DNA of 64,000 nt from Octopus bimaculoides (Eukaryota), in contig NC_068984.1 of the NCBI RefSeq assembly GCF_001194135.2, forward strand, positions 5,775,406 through 5,839,405. Reading direction: 5' to 3'. Under the pieces are notes generated by a model. The model was given only the letters and a program-made list of their open reading frames with translations. It had not been told where the DNA came from and did not search any database. The first letter of the stretch is position 1. Every line of letters starts with the position of its first letter. Below, piece by piece: positions 38,862-52,268 of this stretch. The position numbers were made by a program, and so were the translations under genes.

Positions 38862-40138
38862 ATCTACAGTGTATACAGTCACAGAAACGATGATCATGAA
38901 TTTAGAAATTACAAGGGCTTGATACCAAACTATGGAGACTAGATTCGAAAACTAGAAAATTGGCGTCCTTTCCTTAATATCTTAAGAAAAACAAAAACTG
39001 CACGCATATTTATATACACGCCTATAAACACATTCACTGATTACCAATCTAAACGCTGGTTTTTGATTTCTCCTCTAACGCTTTGCACCGTTATTGACAG
39101 AATAAAAGAGATAAGAGTCGACGTAAAAAGAGCGCGATGAGGGCACATACTAGATATGGTGCAGGAAGATTCGTACACATACAAGCAGGTTGTTTTAGAG
39201 AACAGGAGAGAAGAAGCTTGGTATACGTTTGAAGATGTAAATCTATTCATTCAGATGATGACATGACATTTGCTATTACTTTCGGTTTCACAAATGTTGG
39301 ATCTATCAGACGGCGGCCAAGATGTTCTAAACAAAACGACAAAAATGGCCGAATGTTTGAGCTTGTTAATGAAAATTAAATGTAACGCTGTAAAGCATCC
39401 ATCAGTCCTACACAAGGTATATATAAAAGTTCATATGTATGTATAGGGATGAGTGTGTGTAGATAAATAATACCGCATCATTTGTGTATGTGCGTGTGTG
39501 GCAAGAGACATAATAATACATGCACATAGAGAGATCTGCCAGAAATGTTATAGAATCTGGCGTGAGTTACTGAAGGCAAGGATATTGGTGTTGAGATAAA
39601 TGAGGGATTGTTAATCCATTTTCATTGATCAAATAATACTGACAGATGGATGGATGACTGATTCATGGTGGTGCAATGCTGTAGTTAGAATGATGATGAT
39701 GATGGTGATGCAGATGCCGGTGGTGTAGGTAGCGGCGACGGTGGAGGTGATGGTGGTGACGATGATGAGTATTAGTGGAATTGTGGTGATTGGGTAACAG
39801 AATGTATGAGACTATGGTGAATGGCTCGGAGGATGGACGGACGATCGGACGGGTGGGTGAGTGTGGGATGGAGAGGAGAGGAATGGAGGAATGGAAGAAG
39901 AGATTTAAATCCAGAAGGATGCAACTATAAATATATGGATGTATAGATAAAGGAGAAGATGAATGAATGGTGGGAGATATTAATGGAAATCTGGGTTGAA
40001 TGGAACGAAATCAGCAGAGAAATAAATGAATAGAGAAATGACGTGAGAAAAACTGTACAAAGAAGCAAATAGAGATGCAGAGGATTACTTTCACAACAAC
40101 AACATCATTGCGCATGCTCCAGCTCAGCTGAAGTGACG

Positions 40139-40650
40139 TGTATACACACACACACATACATGCACATATATATACACATACATATATACACACATACACA
40201 CACATATACATGTATACACATATATACACACACATATACATGTATACACATATATACACACACACATATATATGCACACATATATACACACACACACATA
40301 TATGCACACACATATATACACATATACACGCATACACATACACATATATATATATACACATATATACACATACACATATATACATATATATACACATATA
40401 TACACATACACATATATATATATATACATATATATACACATATATACACACACATATATATATATATATATATACACATATGCACACACACACATACACA
40501 CACATCTATATATACACATATATATATACACACATATATATACACATACATACACCCACATATACACATATATATATATACACATATATACACACAGACA
40601 CATACTTATGCACGCACATATACACGCGCGTGCGCGCATACACACATGTA
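40139..40650. repeat. Long compound (TA)/(CA) tract
   Basis: Direct reading; source of six spurious ORFs. Confidence 0.97.
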
Positions 40651-41090
40651 TTCAGCTAGATAGACAGGGAGATACATAGACATTAGTGACCTGTGTTTTA
40701 ACTCTGCTGTCTGGAGTTAGGATCAGCTACAATCGCGAGTGTTTCAAAGGCCGGCACCACTTCAATGTTCCACTACCAAAAGTGTGGAAGACGTTTTTAA
40801 TGTCAATCTGAGTATCCCTTTTTCAGGTGAATTCTCTCACTGTGCCACCCTGATTTATAACTTGCAAAAACCACGTGCTCTCATAGCCTAAAGATTACTT
40901 GGATACACTAGGCGAGTTATTAAAAAAAAACCCTGCTTTGTCCATGCCTGTAATGTCCGAAATTATCAGTAGCCCATAACTAAACGCTGTGTACATTAAA
41001 TGATATTTACCTCTCTCCGGATGGAGTAATTTTTTTGTTGATTCACCCTTAATGGAAAAGTAAACTCTCTCTCTCATATATATATATATA

Positions 41091-41235
41091 GTGTGGTAAG
41101 TAGCTTGCTTACCAACCACATGGTTCTGGGTTCAGTCCCACTGCGTGGCACCTTGGGCAAGTGTCTTCTACTATAGCCTCGGGCTGACCAAACCCTTGTG
41201 AGTGGATTTGGTAGACGGAAACTGAAAAAAGCCCG

Positions 41236-41291
<56 letters not shown>

Positions 41292-41517
41292 GTGTGTATA
41301 TGTTTGTGTGTATGTTTGTCTCCCCACCCACCCAACTTCGCTTGACAACCGATGCTGGTGTGTTTACGTCCCCTTAACTTAGCGGTTCGCCAAAAAGGAC
41401 CGATAGAATAAATACTAGACTTACAAAGAATAAGTCCTGGGGTCGATTTGCTCGACTAAAAGGCGGTGCTCCAGCATGGCCCGTCAAATGACTGAAACAA
41501 GTAAAAGAGTAAAAGAG
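41091..41517 (+). mobile_element. SINE family A, near full length
   Basis: gtgtggtaagtagcttgcttacc through actgaaacaagtaaaagagtaaaagag. Confidence 0.93.
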
Positions 41518-41769
41518 CATACACACAAACACACAAAGAATTCTTAATACAGTATTTGAAGAAATATTTTCTTAATTTGACAGTTATTAAATATATGAAA
41601 CAATATCTGAGAAATAAAATGACAAAACTCTCTGGGAGTCACATTTTCATATTGTGTAATAAGCGCTTTCAGTGTTTATATCTTCTGAAAAACACGTGCT
41701 ATGGGATAATCTGCATGGAGAGTGTTTCCGGTTTAAGTTCGGAATTAGCATCCTTATAAAGCTAAGTGA

Positions 41770-41917
41770 CAAATAGATTACACCGATTCCAGTGCATTAC
41801 TTGTACTTTTTTCATCAACCCCGAAAAAAAAATGAAAAGCGAAACCGACCTCAGAACATGAAGACAGACAAAATACCGCAAAGCATTTGTCCAGCGTGCT
41901 AAAGATTCTGCCAGCTC
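41770..41917 (-). mobile_element. SINE family B
   Basis: Reverse complement of gagctggcagaatc(t)ttagcacg head and central domain. Confidence 0.8.
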
Positions 41918-41926
41918 AACACCTCA

Positions 41927-42110
41927 TGGTTTCAAATTTCAGCACAAGATCAGCAGCTTTTTTGACGGGAAGGGTAAGTCGAATACATCGACCCCCACCC
42001 CACCCCCTCTGACGCCAATGATTAACTTGTGCTTAATTTATCGACTCCGAAGAAAAGATGAAAGGCCATGTCGACCTGGGACGGATCTGAACCGAGAATG
42101 TTCATGATCT
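41927..42110 (-). mobile_element. SINE family B, adjacent to the previous copy
   Basis: taagtcgaatacatcgacccc...tttatcgactccgaa...gatgaaaggccatgtcgacct. Confidence 0.75.
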
Positions 42111-42666
42111 GCAGACATATTTTCAATATTTCTAGCAGCAATAACAGTTCTACCACTCGCTACCATCACAATAACAAGATAAACAACACCTTTGAGAGAG
42201 GATATACGCAAGGCGTTATCAAGAGAAAGCCTGGTCTCGTAATACTAACAAAACAAGGCAACACGTAATGGCTTTCTCAAAATATACCAGCAACTTTATC
42301 TGTTCTTATAGAATCCCTATTTCTGCATACTGACAACAAACCTGCAAAGAATACAAACCAGTGTTCTTCACGGCTGCAAACAGAACTCTTTCCCAGATTT
42401 TCATTCATCCTCAAGATCCCTCAACTGATGCAGCCAGTTGTTGGGGTGTCACTCCAGACGCTTTCGTAGTCAGCCGTCACCACTGGCCTCTGTTCCAAAT
42501 CATATGTAACATGTTCACAGTGTTGTGACCTGTCCTGTGCTTGCAAAACGACATTCTTAACCTTACAGCAGTGCCGGCGCCTCACATATTAGTTTCAGAA
42601 CCACAACGCATGATATAAAGTTACCGACAATAGCACTGGTATTCCCATTAACCCTTAGTACTGTAA

Positions 42667-42970
42667 TTGGCACTTCGTCAGTTAGGACGACATGGGTTCA
42701 ACTGATTTGATCAACGGAACAACCTGCTCGTGAAATTAACGTGCAAGTGGCTGAGCACTCCACAGACAAGCGTACCCTTAACGTAGTTCACTGGAAACTT
42801 GAGTGTGACAAGACTGGCCCTTTGAAATACATGTACTTCTCATTTTTGCCAGCTGAGTGTACTGGAGCAATGTGGAAAAAGTGTTTAGCTCAAGCGCACA
42901 ACGCACCGCCGGGAACCGAACTCACACTCCTACGATCGTGAGTCAAATACCGTGACCAATAAACCACGCA
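42667..42970 (-). mobile_element. SINE family C
   Basis: Reverse complement of the head and tail seen at 6382 and 45716. Confidence 0.85.
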
Positions 42971-44168
42971 CTTTCACTGTATTGGAAACTACAAGAAGTG
43001 AATATACAATATTTGCTACTTCTCAAGGTGGTTAATTTGTACGCATCCATTGTGGCTCTCACTAGAATCCTCAACCGCTCAAGTCCAGACCGGACAATAA
43101 GACAGAGGATAAAATATTATTTGAGCTCTCTTACTACCACTCTGCATTCCATAACAGAAAGCACCTCATACTGAGAATACCAATGTATTCGCCACGAAAT
43201 GAGGTGTACTTCGTGTCTGGTTCAGTTTAATCACACCTGGCGTTTGAAACCGCTACTGCCACGTTATAAGCCACCTCATTCCTAACAGCTGTTATACAAC
43301 AAAAATAACAACAAATTTATTGAAATATTCTTCGCTGAATTATTGTCCCGAATCCCAAGACAAGAGCTGTAATATTTCTGTTTCAGTTTCACTGAAGTTA
43401 GGTTTACCATTTCTAGACACAACAGCTTCTCTGGTGTAATCAGTAACGTGGTCACCATGAGAGCGATATCAGATTCGAACCCTTCTGTCGAAGGTCATTT
43501 TCTTGTTGGCAATCCTCCACGGGTTCACTCACTTGTTAAATGTAGCAGCTAAATCTCTCTCTAATCATACACCACCAGTTTATAATAGAAGGAAGACGCA
43601 TCAATGCCCCTGGATACGCCTAAATACACGGAATGACGTCAATAAATTTGATCAAGTTTTATTTAATCAAAACTGACCAGGACTAGACAACAATCTACAG
43701 ACTAAAACACCAGGTTTGACATGTACCATTGAACGTACCATTCCTTGCTTGTAGAGTCATTGGCAGCAATTCTCCATGTAACGAGTTATAATTTAGACAA
43801 AGGGACAGTAATTTTGAAGGGAGTTAGTTGATATCATCGATATCTCTACTTATTAATATCGAAAGGATGAAAAGGAAAGTGGAATTCGGTGGAATATGAG
43901 CAGAGAATGCAAAGCGCTGGAAAGCAATACTACCTATAATCATATGTAATATAATACAAAAAAAAAATCTAGTTAAATTATCTATAAACAAAAAATAGAC
44001 TGCAGTCATGCCATCTCTGCTGTACTGAGTTACTGAGAAAAGTATACTCAGTTAATCCATTAAGAGGCTCAGCCAATGTTTCCAACGATAATTGTTGCTA
44101 GTAATATAAATCAAGCGGCATCTGTCTGCACACGCATTTTATTTATGTGATCAACAAGAAAATATATC

Positions 44169-44296
44169 ACTTTTACAAGGAAAAGATTAACAACCACTTC
44201 GAGGTTTCAGTAGTTTACTCGCCATATTCAAACAGTTTGATAATAGCAAACAAGGTGAAACTTCGAAGTCTCTGTCAGTCCTCTCCTTGTAAAAGT
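44169..44296. repeat. Hairpin / MITE-like foldback, copy 2
   Basis: acttttacaagga/tccttgtaaaagt (13/13) and acttcgaggtttca/tgaaacttcgaagt (13/14). Confidence 0.85.
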
Positions 44297-45630
44297 TAAT
44301 CCTGAAAAAGATATTGATTAGCCACTCAGTTTGTTAAATTATTTTGGATAGGTAGATAGATAGATAGATAGATAGATGGATGGATGGATGGATGGATGGG
44401 AAGAAATACACACTGCTTTTGCTATTGCAGATGATCTGCTCTTTCTGTGTTCTTTTCACACTATCTTCAGAGATCGCATATGATCAATTCGACTATTTTC
44501 AACCTATTTAAATACATCGTATTTGAGAATACCAAAGCCTGTTAACACAAATAAAATATCGTCGGTTTGAAAATTCAAAACAAATATTTAAAATATTTAA
44601 CATTCATTATTATAATGAAAACAAATTTAAGGCTATGATGGGGGTATTGTTTAAAAAATAACCACGTAATCGTTGGAATTCTTCATAACGCATTCATTTG
44701 AATAATTCATAAGAATGATTCCCGTATAATACTTTTGCAGAATATATTTTAATATTGCTTGGATATTTTGCTTTCTTTCTGTTGTCAACTAATAGAAAAA
44801 GATATTCAACAAATAACGTCTTAATATATACGTTTTTTATCCTGTAAAAGGATTATTAAATTACTGTTCGGATGTAAGATCACGTACGACAGCCAGATGT
44901 TATTAATCGTGGATTACTCCAGTTTTATCCATGCTGAAATGGGAATGCGATAAGCGCTAATTCACTATGAAACTAGTGAAATAAATTTAGCATTTATAGA
45001 TAGTGGATCGTTTAGTTAGAATTTTTGTTATATATACATATATATAACAAGTATTCTATCAGTATGTAGAAAAACAGTACGAGGAGAATTTACATTAAAA
45101 TTATTACATCAAATGAAAATAATTTACAAATTGCTTAACATTGAAATAAATCTGCTTATTTTACCAAATTTGAAGATTTTCATTTAAGCTTATACATTTC
45201 CAATTTCAAGGAATGAATATATCAGTTTATCTTTCTTCGCTAACTTTCGAATATATCAGGTGAACGGTAATGAAATTTAGGGAATTCAGATTTGAAGCTA
45301 ATATAAATGTTAAATATTTTAAAGTGAAATGTGTTTATGAGATTATTGAAAGAGCCATTCGCCAAAGAAAATATTAAAGTCTAAACGAATTCCTCGCCTT
45401 ACTTCTATCAAAAGGCAATGACATTCCACATGGTATGATAAATAAAATATCTTACCTTTCAAGATGGTTGCTTTATTGATTTAAATTGTATATCCAGTGG
45501 TTTTATTTGTATTTCTGTAAGTTTGTTGCATTTAGAGATTCGAATGAATAAGATGCAAATGGTTGATAAAAACACAAAATCACGTGACCTCTGAGAATAA
45601 AGTGATAATACAGAAACAGTAAAGTAGCTA

Positions 45631-45715
<85 letters not shown>

Positions 45716-45718
<3 letters not shown>

Positions 45719-46014
45719 GGCGAAATGACCCAGTGGTTAGGGCAGCGGGCTCGCGGTCGTAGGATCGAGTTTCGATTCCCAGGCCGGGCGTTGCAGGTGT
45801 TTCTTAAGCGAAAACACCTAGCAGCTCCACGAGGCTCCGGCAGGGGCGGTGGTGGCAGTCTTGTCACACTGTGTCACACTCAAGTTCCCAGTGAACTACG
45901 TTAAGGGTACACGTGTCTGTGGGGTGCTCAGCCACTTGCACGTTCATTTTACGAGCAGGTATTTTCGTTAATCGGATTAACTGGAACCATTGTCCTCGTA
46001 ACCGACGGAGTGCC
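45716..46014 (+). mobile_element. SINE family C, inserted at the end of a (TG)n run
   Basis: tgacccagtggttagggcagcgggctcgcggtcgtaggatcgagtttcgattccc head; tail ending taaccgacggagtgcc. Confidence 0.87.
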
Positions 46015-47992
46015 GTAATATATATTAAAATAGCCTACACTACTTTTATCTGCAGGGAAATAAAGCCCTACAAAATTTCGCTGCAGTATCTTAATCTATT
46101 GCAAAGAACTGAACCTCTGAGATGCATTCTAAGCTTGTTATACTTTGCTTTGGAGGGATGGACTCTGTCTTTATTGTAAAGGATTTGGCTTCTTATCAAT
46201 CCCTACACTGGAATAAATTGGTAATAGACACCTTATCAAGGATTCGACTAGAGTTTTGGCCATTTAAATGATTTTTCAACAAACGTTGTATCTGCCACCT
46301 AAACTTTCCTCTAAACCATAGATTCTTCTCCAGCATATTAATCAGTTTTTTGTTTACGTTCAACTCCCATGTTTTAGTTTTGTCGTACCACACATACATC
46401 CGCTTTTTAATTAGACTTTTACTTTCGTCAGAATATGTAATTACAAACATTCGTCCTTTTGTAGTACCTTTATATCTAATTAGCCTCTGAAGTTATTGGT
46501 TTTCTATCTGTCAAATCTTCATTCGAATCCAAAGGCTTTTAGTACTGTTATGTAATATATTGTTATGTAATATATTGTTATGTATGGTGAATATAATATG
46601 TAGTAGAGTCTCATTTACGTAATATGACAAACCATTATACAGCAGGCACGATCCGGTCAATTTGAAAACAAGAGCTCACCTGAGGAGTGTTTATTTCTGA
46701 ACAAAGGCAAATAAAGTAGATAACATCTGTACCAGCTGATGAGAGGTAAAAAAAAAATGTCTATTGTAATCATCAATGATTATGAATGTTTTTCTTATAT
46801 GATGTGAAGATGCTTCTCTCCTCAATTACTTGAATAATGATCCCCAGAACACGTGTAACTATTGATCTGACAAAATATACGAACTACGGATTGAAAACAC
46901 AAACACACACACAACATGAAATTTACTCCCACACAAGTAAGAAAATTTGTTTGGAGGATGAAATGCATCTGGGTCTTAGAATTTTAGTTTTTAAAATTCT
47001 TCACATAAAATACCATACCGGTTTCAACAATTGATTTTTGAATAGTAAATACAAGTTAAAAAAGATGAAAATTTCAAAAAAAGAGAATGGACAAGAGAAA
47101 ATTTCATAGCTAAAGAACAGTGAAAATCGAATGTTCAATGGACATCATACCAAATTTACATGATGTATGGCTAATCATTCATTTTCAAAGTCATCCTAAA
47201 GCCGACCATAGCAATTTTCTGTACATCTTGTGAAAATTGTTATAACTGCGACGGATATCGCCGAAACTAAAATCCTTAACAGAATTGTACGTGGAGTTTT
47301 TGATTGTGGTGAGAGTTTGAAAATATATGATCAGCCGTACTTATTAAAGCAACATTCAGTAAATAAATAATTGCACTGTTCGTATAAAAAGAAATCCAGT
47401 TACACCTTTCGAAACATGCTTGTCAAAATATATTGACAGTAATTTACAGGAGAATAGACACAACTAAACTAACATAAATCCTTATTAGAACGCAAGTATT
47501 ATATTTAACCTCCATCATTAGTGTCTGTTTGATTGAATAACACACTGTAAGTGGAAAATATACATCAGAAAACTTATCTGAATCGTATCGTTAGTAAACA
47601 GTCTAATACAAATATGTAACTATTCGGCATTTGTTCTGTCCATGTGACTGCGAAGAAAATATGGGTGTGAAACAAAGAGATTGTGGTGGATAGCAATACA
47701 CATTTGCATTAACGTGAAAAGGTATAAATATTTTTTTTATAAGGATAGTATCCGCTTCACTGATAAATGGGTGTTGTGCTTTAATCTAATTAGGACTGTT
47801 GCTGCCGATAGAAAAAAGTGTTGGAACAAAAGTATTCATCAGGAACCTTCAAGAAAATATCAGAAGTATCGTCAATAATGACCGTTAAGTTTTGTCGTTT
47901 TCAATATTCAACGGGGTTTTGTTCCCCCTTTTTTTACAGCTGAAACTATTTTCGTTTCCAGCCACGCTGCAGGACTACAACTTTTTCCTATT

Positions 47993-48375
47993 ATTTACTC
48001 GTTTCAGTCATATGACTGCGGTCATGCTGGAGCACCGCATTTAGTCGAGCAAATCGACCTGAGGACTTTTCTTTGTAAGCCTAGTACTTATTCTGTCGGT
48101 CTTTTTGCCGAACAGCTAAATTACGTGGACGTAAACACACCAGCATCGGTTGTGAAGCAATGTTGGGGGGACAAACACAGACACACAAGCATACATACAT
48201 ATACATATGTAAGTATGGACGACGGGCTTCTTTCAGTTTCCGTCTACCAAATACACTCAAGCCTTCGGTCAGCCCGAGGCGAAAGTAGAAGACACTTGCT
48301 CAAGGTGCCACACAGTGGGATTGAACCCGTAACCATGTGGTTGGGAAGCGAGCTACTTACCACACAGCCTCTCCT
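47993..48375 (-). mobile_element. SINE family A, full length
   Basis: Match to the family layout. Confidence 0.92.
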
Positions 48376-48394
48376 ATTTTCGTCCCCTCCAAAA

Positions 48395-48560
48395 AGTGTA
48401 GTTATGAAGATCACATTGCAATCACGTGGTTTCAGCTTTAGTTCCACTGCGCGAAACCTTGGACAGAACGTGCCTTCTGTAGATTCTCCCTGGGCCGACC
48501 AATACCTTGTAAATGAATTTGGTAGCGAGAAACACAATCGAATACCGTCGTGCGCGCGCA

Positions 48561-48607
<47 letters not shown>

Positions 48608-48805
48608 ATGCGTGATCCATCCCTTGCCATTTAACAACCAGTCCCTGTTTACGTCCCTGTAACTTAGCAGCTCGGCTTAAAGATCCGACAGAATAAATAC
48701 CAGTCTTTGAAAAAAAAAGTACTGGGGTCGATTTATTCGTCTAAAACCCCCTAAAAGACGGTGCTCCAGCAGGGCCGCAATTCAATGAATGAAAGAAGAG
48801 ATAAA
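48395..48805 (+). mobile_element. Older SINE family A, head-to-head with the previous copy
   Basis: Degenerate head, (TG)n, tgtttacgtccctgtaacttagcag...gtactggggtcgattt...cggtgctccagca. Confidence 0.8.
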
Positions 48806-49884
48806 AACAAAAATTGTTTCATTAAATCCTCGAAAATTTTGTTTTCTCGACTTTATTTTGCTGTCGTAAATTTAATATTGTCAATTTTTGTATGAATATA
48901 TTGAATTATAATCGTGAGAAACGGTTCGTGTTTATCTCTAAGTTGCGTTAGAAGACACTATCGAGTAAACACAGTCGTTTCTTTTAGATCTACAGATAAA
49001 CAGATGTGATAAAAAGATAAGCAACATTGTTCTAATATTGCATTGAAAAATGTTCCAGCTCTAGTAACGATGTTGTTGTTCTACCTAATAATTGTTTGGT
49101 AGTTTACATTAAGAAAATACATCCGAAAATAACCACAGACATCGAGTGTATATTATTCATGCTAAGAAGTGGAATTTTAAAGCTCCATAATTTTCCTATC
49201 AGAGATTTGATTAGCAGAATATATATGGAATCGCAAAGTCCCTCTCTCTCTCTCTCACTCACTCACTCATTATATATAATTATTTAAAACATTTTGATTC
49301 GGCTTCGTGCAGCTTAAAGTTTCACATTTCATAGGATTCTGTCAGAAACCCGGCTCCTTCAAGCTCAGATTACCGAATGAAGACACTCAGGAAGTCCAAG
49401 ATAGCTACTGAAAATTGGGTCAAGGCGGGTCACATGAATTAGAAGCGAGATCGGCATTATATATATATATATATATATATTATTGCAGTCATCAATGAGT
49501 AACGTGTTTCACTGAAGATGACCAATAAGACAAATATGTCCATAACTTTTACCAGCTCCACTGCCAATACGACATGGTCCAGAAACCTGAATTTATTGTC
49601 TTTTGCAGCTATCATCATTTTATCTTTTAGTCAAGAGGGAAAGCAATGCACATGACCTCTTATAGGGTCTCCAAGACTAGAGAGACAGATAGACAGACAG
49701 AGGAGCTATTCTCAAACCGAATGTGTGCAGTAGAGTTAACTCCACATAATTCAAGACACCTAAGGTGCTGGAGGGAGTGGGGGAGTAAACTAGATTATGG
49801 TCTACTATCGAAGTAGACAACTGCATGATGCGATCACAAAACAAAGCATCTTGTCCGATGTTCTTACAGTTCCGCTAATCTACC

Positions 49885-50030
49885 ATTCTAGATTAGTACA
49901 TTTTTATTGACCCCCAAAAGGATGAAAAAGCCAAGTTGATCTCGGCAGGATATGAAGTCAGAAGTAAGAAATAAATTCCACAAGACGTTTTGTTTATCAC
50001 TCTACCGATTCTTCCAATCAGCCGCCTTCT
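49885..50030 (-). mobile_element. Degenerate SINE family B
   Basis: ttttattgacccccaaaaggatgaaa...gttgatctcggcaggat...gattcttccaatcagccgcc. Confidence 0.65.
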
Positions 50031-50422
50031 TTCTTGTTTTTAGATTTTAAACAACCAACGAGGAAGTTTTTGCCTGGTAATTGATTGACTAATTTCAGTT
50101 GATGGCGGTTTTTTTTTACTCACCTCACTCTATTGCGTATGTGAGACCGTCTGGTGTTTGGTGTTTAGTATGCAGAACGTTTTCCTCAGTTAATTTTCGC
50201 CCACAGTCATTTTAAAACATTATGTAGAATTTCTGCCAGCGTCTTTCACCTTAGTTTTGTATACGAAATAAAGTCACAGACCTCCGTCCAATCAATACTT
50301 AGTTCAGTTCAATGACAGAATATATATATTCCATAAACGAAAAACGTATCTAAATCTGCACAGCATTCTGTTGCATCTTATGCGCATGACAATAATAATC
50401 TCTCTTTTTTTAATACTTTGAT

Positions 50423-50542
50423 AGGTGCAGACGTGACTGTGTGGTAAGAAGTTTGCTTCGCAACCACATCATTACGATTTCAGTTTCACTGCGTGGAACC
50501 TTGTGAAAGGATTTAGTAGATAGAAATTGAACGAAGCCCGTA

Positions 50543-50604
<62 letters not shown>

Positions 50605-50758
50605 ATACCATCGCTTGACAACCAGTGCTGGCGTGGTTTCATCCCCGTAACCCTGGGGTTCGGCAAAAAATAAGTACTATGGTCGATTTGTTCGACTAAA
50701 GAATTCTTCAATGCAGCGCCCCAGCATGGCCGCAGTGTAACGACTGAAACAAGAAAAG
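50423..50758 (+). mobile_element. SINE family A with a short internal deletion
   Basis: aggtgcagacgtgactgtgtggtaagaag head through cgactgaaacaag. Confidence 0.87.
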
Positions 50759-51170
50759 CGATAGATGCTATTTGCAACTGATTTTACCTTTGCAGTTTTC
50801 ATAAAGTTTTTGGGTTCTTACTATTCCAAATATAAAAACATCAATCACAGCCTCCTTCAGTTTCAGAATATTTTATTGAAATTATTTCCCCAAGTTTCAA
50901 AATCAAAGAAACATTCTTCATTATTCAACGAAACCCAAATCAATTTTAATTCGATTTTTCACTAAAAGACAGATTATTTCTGCGAAGAATTTCAACTTTA
51001 AGATAATGAGAAAACGATGGTCTCCCATAGCAAGATATTGGTCGTCTTCGACAAAGAAATAATCTCATTAGGTTACAACACCCTAAATTCTACCCATCGT
51101 CAGTTCTGTGGGTAGCTGGATGCGGTAAATTGTCCCTGCTAATATATGTAGCAATATATTTGTGTACCAT

Positions 51171-51400
51171 AGGGCGGCGAGCTGGCAGAATCGTTAGCAC
51201 ACCGGGCGAAATGCTTAAAGGTATTTCGTCTACCGTTCGATCTGAGTTCAAATTCCGCCGAGGTCGACTTTGTCTTTCATCCTTTCGGAGTCGATTAAAA
51301 AAAGTACCAGTTACGCAATGGGGTCGATGTAATCGACTGAATCCCTATATCTGTCCTTGTTTGTCCCCTCTGTGTTTAGACCCCTATGGGCAATAAAGAA
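51171..51400 (+). mobile_element. SINE family B (alternative tail) with 15-bp TSD
   Basis: atatttgtgtaccat at 51156-51170 and 51401-51415. Confidence 0.92.
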
Positions 51401-51418
51401 ATATTTGTGTACCATTCG

Positions 51419-51630
51419 AGGCGGCGTGCTGACAGTCATTAGCGAACCGACCGAAATGCTTAGCGGCATTTCGTCCGTCTTTACTCCCTGAGTTCAAATT
51501 CCACCGATGTCACTTTTGCCTTTTATCGTTTCGGGGGTCGATCAAATAAGCACCAGTTGAAATCTGGGGTCGATGTAACCGACTTAACCGAAATTGCAAG
51601 CCTTGTACCAAAATTTCAAGTCAATATTAA
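51419..51630 (+). mobile_element. Older SINE family B
   Basis: ggcggcgtgctgacag head through gccttgtaccaaaatttcaag tail. Confidence 0.87.
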
Positions 51631-51902
51631 TGTATTATGAAACATCACAAGACTTACTAAATGGGAAAAGTGTTTTCATTGACGTATTTAATTAAATATA
51701 AAACAAACACACTCGAATTATATCTGCTTCTTATAGAAAATTAGGTTTCATGCCGTACTTTAACACATAATAACTCCAAACTAACAATTTTAGGAAGTTC
51801 ATAAGATGTATATTCTATACATCTTTTGCTTCCTTTTTGTTTTGTTTTTTTCTTTTATATTTCCAACAAACTTCTAGTCACGCGAAATCTCAAGAAATTA
51901 TA

Positions 51903-51975
51903 CAGTAATCCTTCGACTATCGCGGGTGTTGCATTCCAAAACTCCCCGCGATAGGTGAAAATCCACAAAGTAGAA
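51903..51975 (+). mobile_element. Tigger/pogo-like DNA element left end
   Basis: TA|CAGTAATCCTTCGACTATCGCGG terminus with internal tatcgcggg/cccgcgata hairpin; interrupted by SINE A. Confidence 0.6.
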
Positions 51976-51994
51976 AAAGTACTTTTTTTTATTA

Positions 51995-52146
51995 TTTGTT
52001 TCACTCATTTGACTGTGGCCATGCTGGAGCACCGCCTTTCGTCGAGCAAATCAACCCCAGACCTTATTCTTTGTAAGGCTAGTACTTATTCTATGGGTCT
52101 CTCTTGCCGAACTGCTGGGTTACGGGGTTGTAAACACACCAGCATG
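51995..52146 (-). mobile_element. SINE family A 3' half
   Basis: tttgactgtggccatgctggagcaccgcc...gtaaacacaccagcat. Confidence 0.88.
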
Positions 52147-52154
52147 GAACTGCA

Positions 52155-52268
52155 TTAAGGGCATAAGTGTCTGAGGAATGCTCAGCCACCTGCACGCTAC
52201 TTTCACGAGCAGGTTGTTCTGTTGATTGGATCAGATGGAACCCTCGTCGTTGTAACCGAAGGAGTGCC
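52155..52268 (+). mobile_element. SINE family C tail only
   Basis: ttaagggcataagtgtctgaggaatgctcagccac...gtaaccgaaggagtgcc. Confidence 0.8.

Noticed and set aside
39100-39235. Possible plus-strand exon (gacag|aataaaaga..., about 43 open codons)
   Set aside because: No recognisable protein, weak donor site, no partner exons; a length expected by chance
40011-40679. Overlapping HTHT/YIYI/CVCV ORFs (also 18114-18701 and many others)
   Set aside because: Translations of TA/CA/TG microsatellites in all frames
45716-45790. tRNA genes at SINE heads (also 3740-3812, 51173-51260)
   Set aside because: A/B-box-like motifs run straight into repeat bodies, and no full cloverleaf acceptor stem is evident
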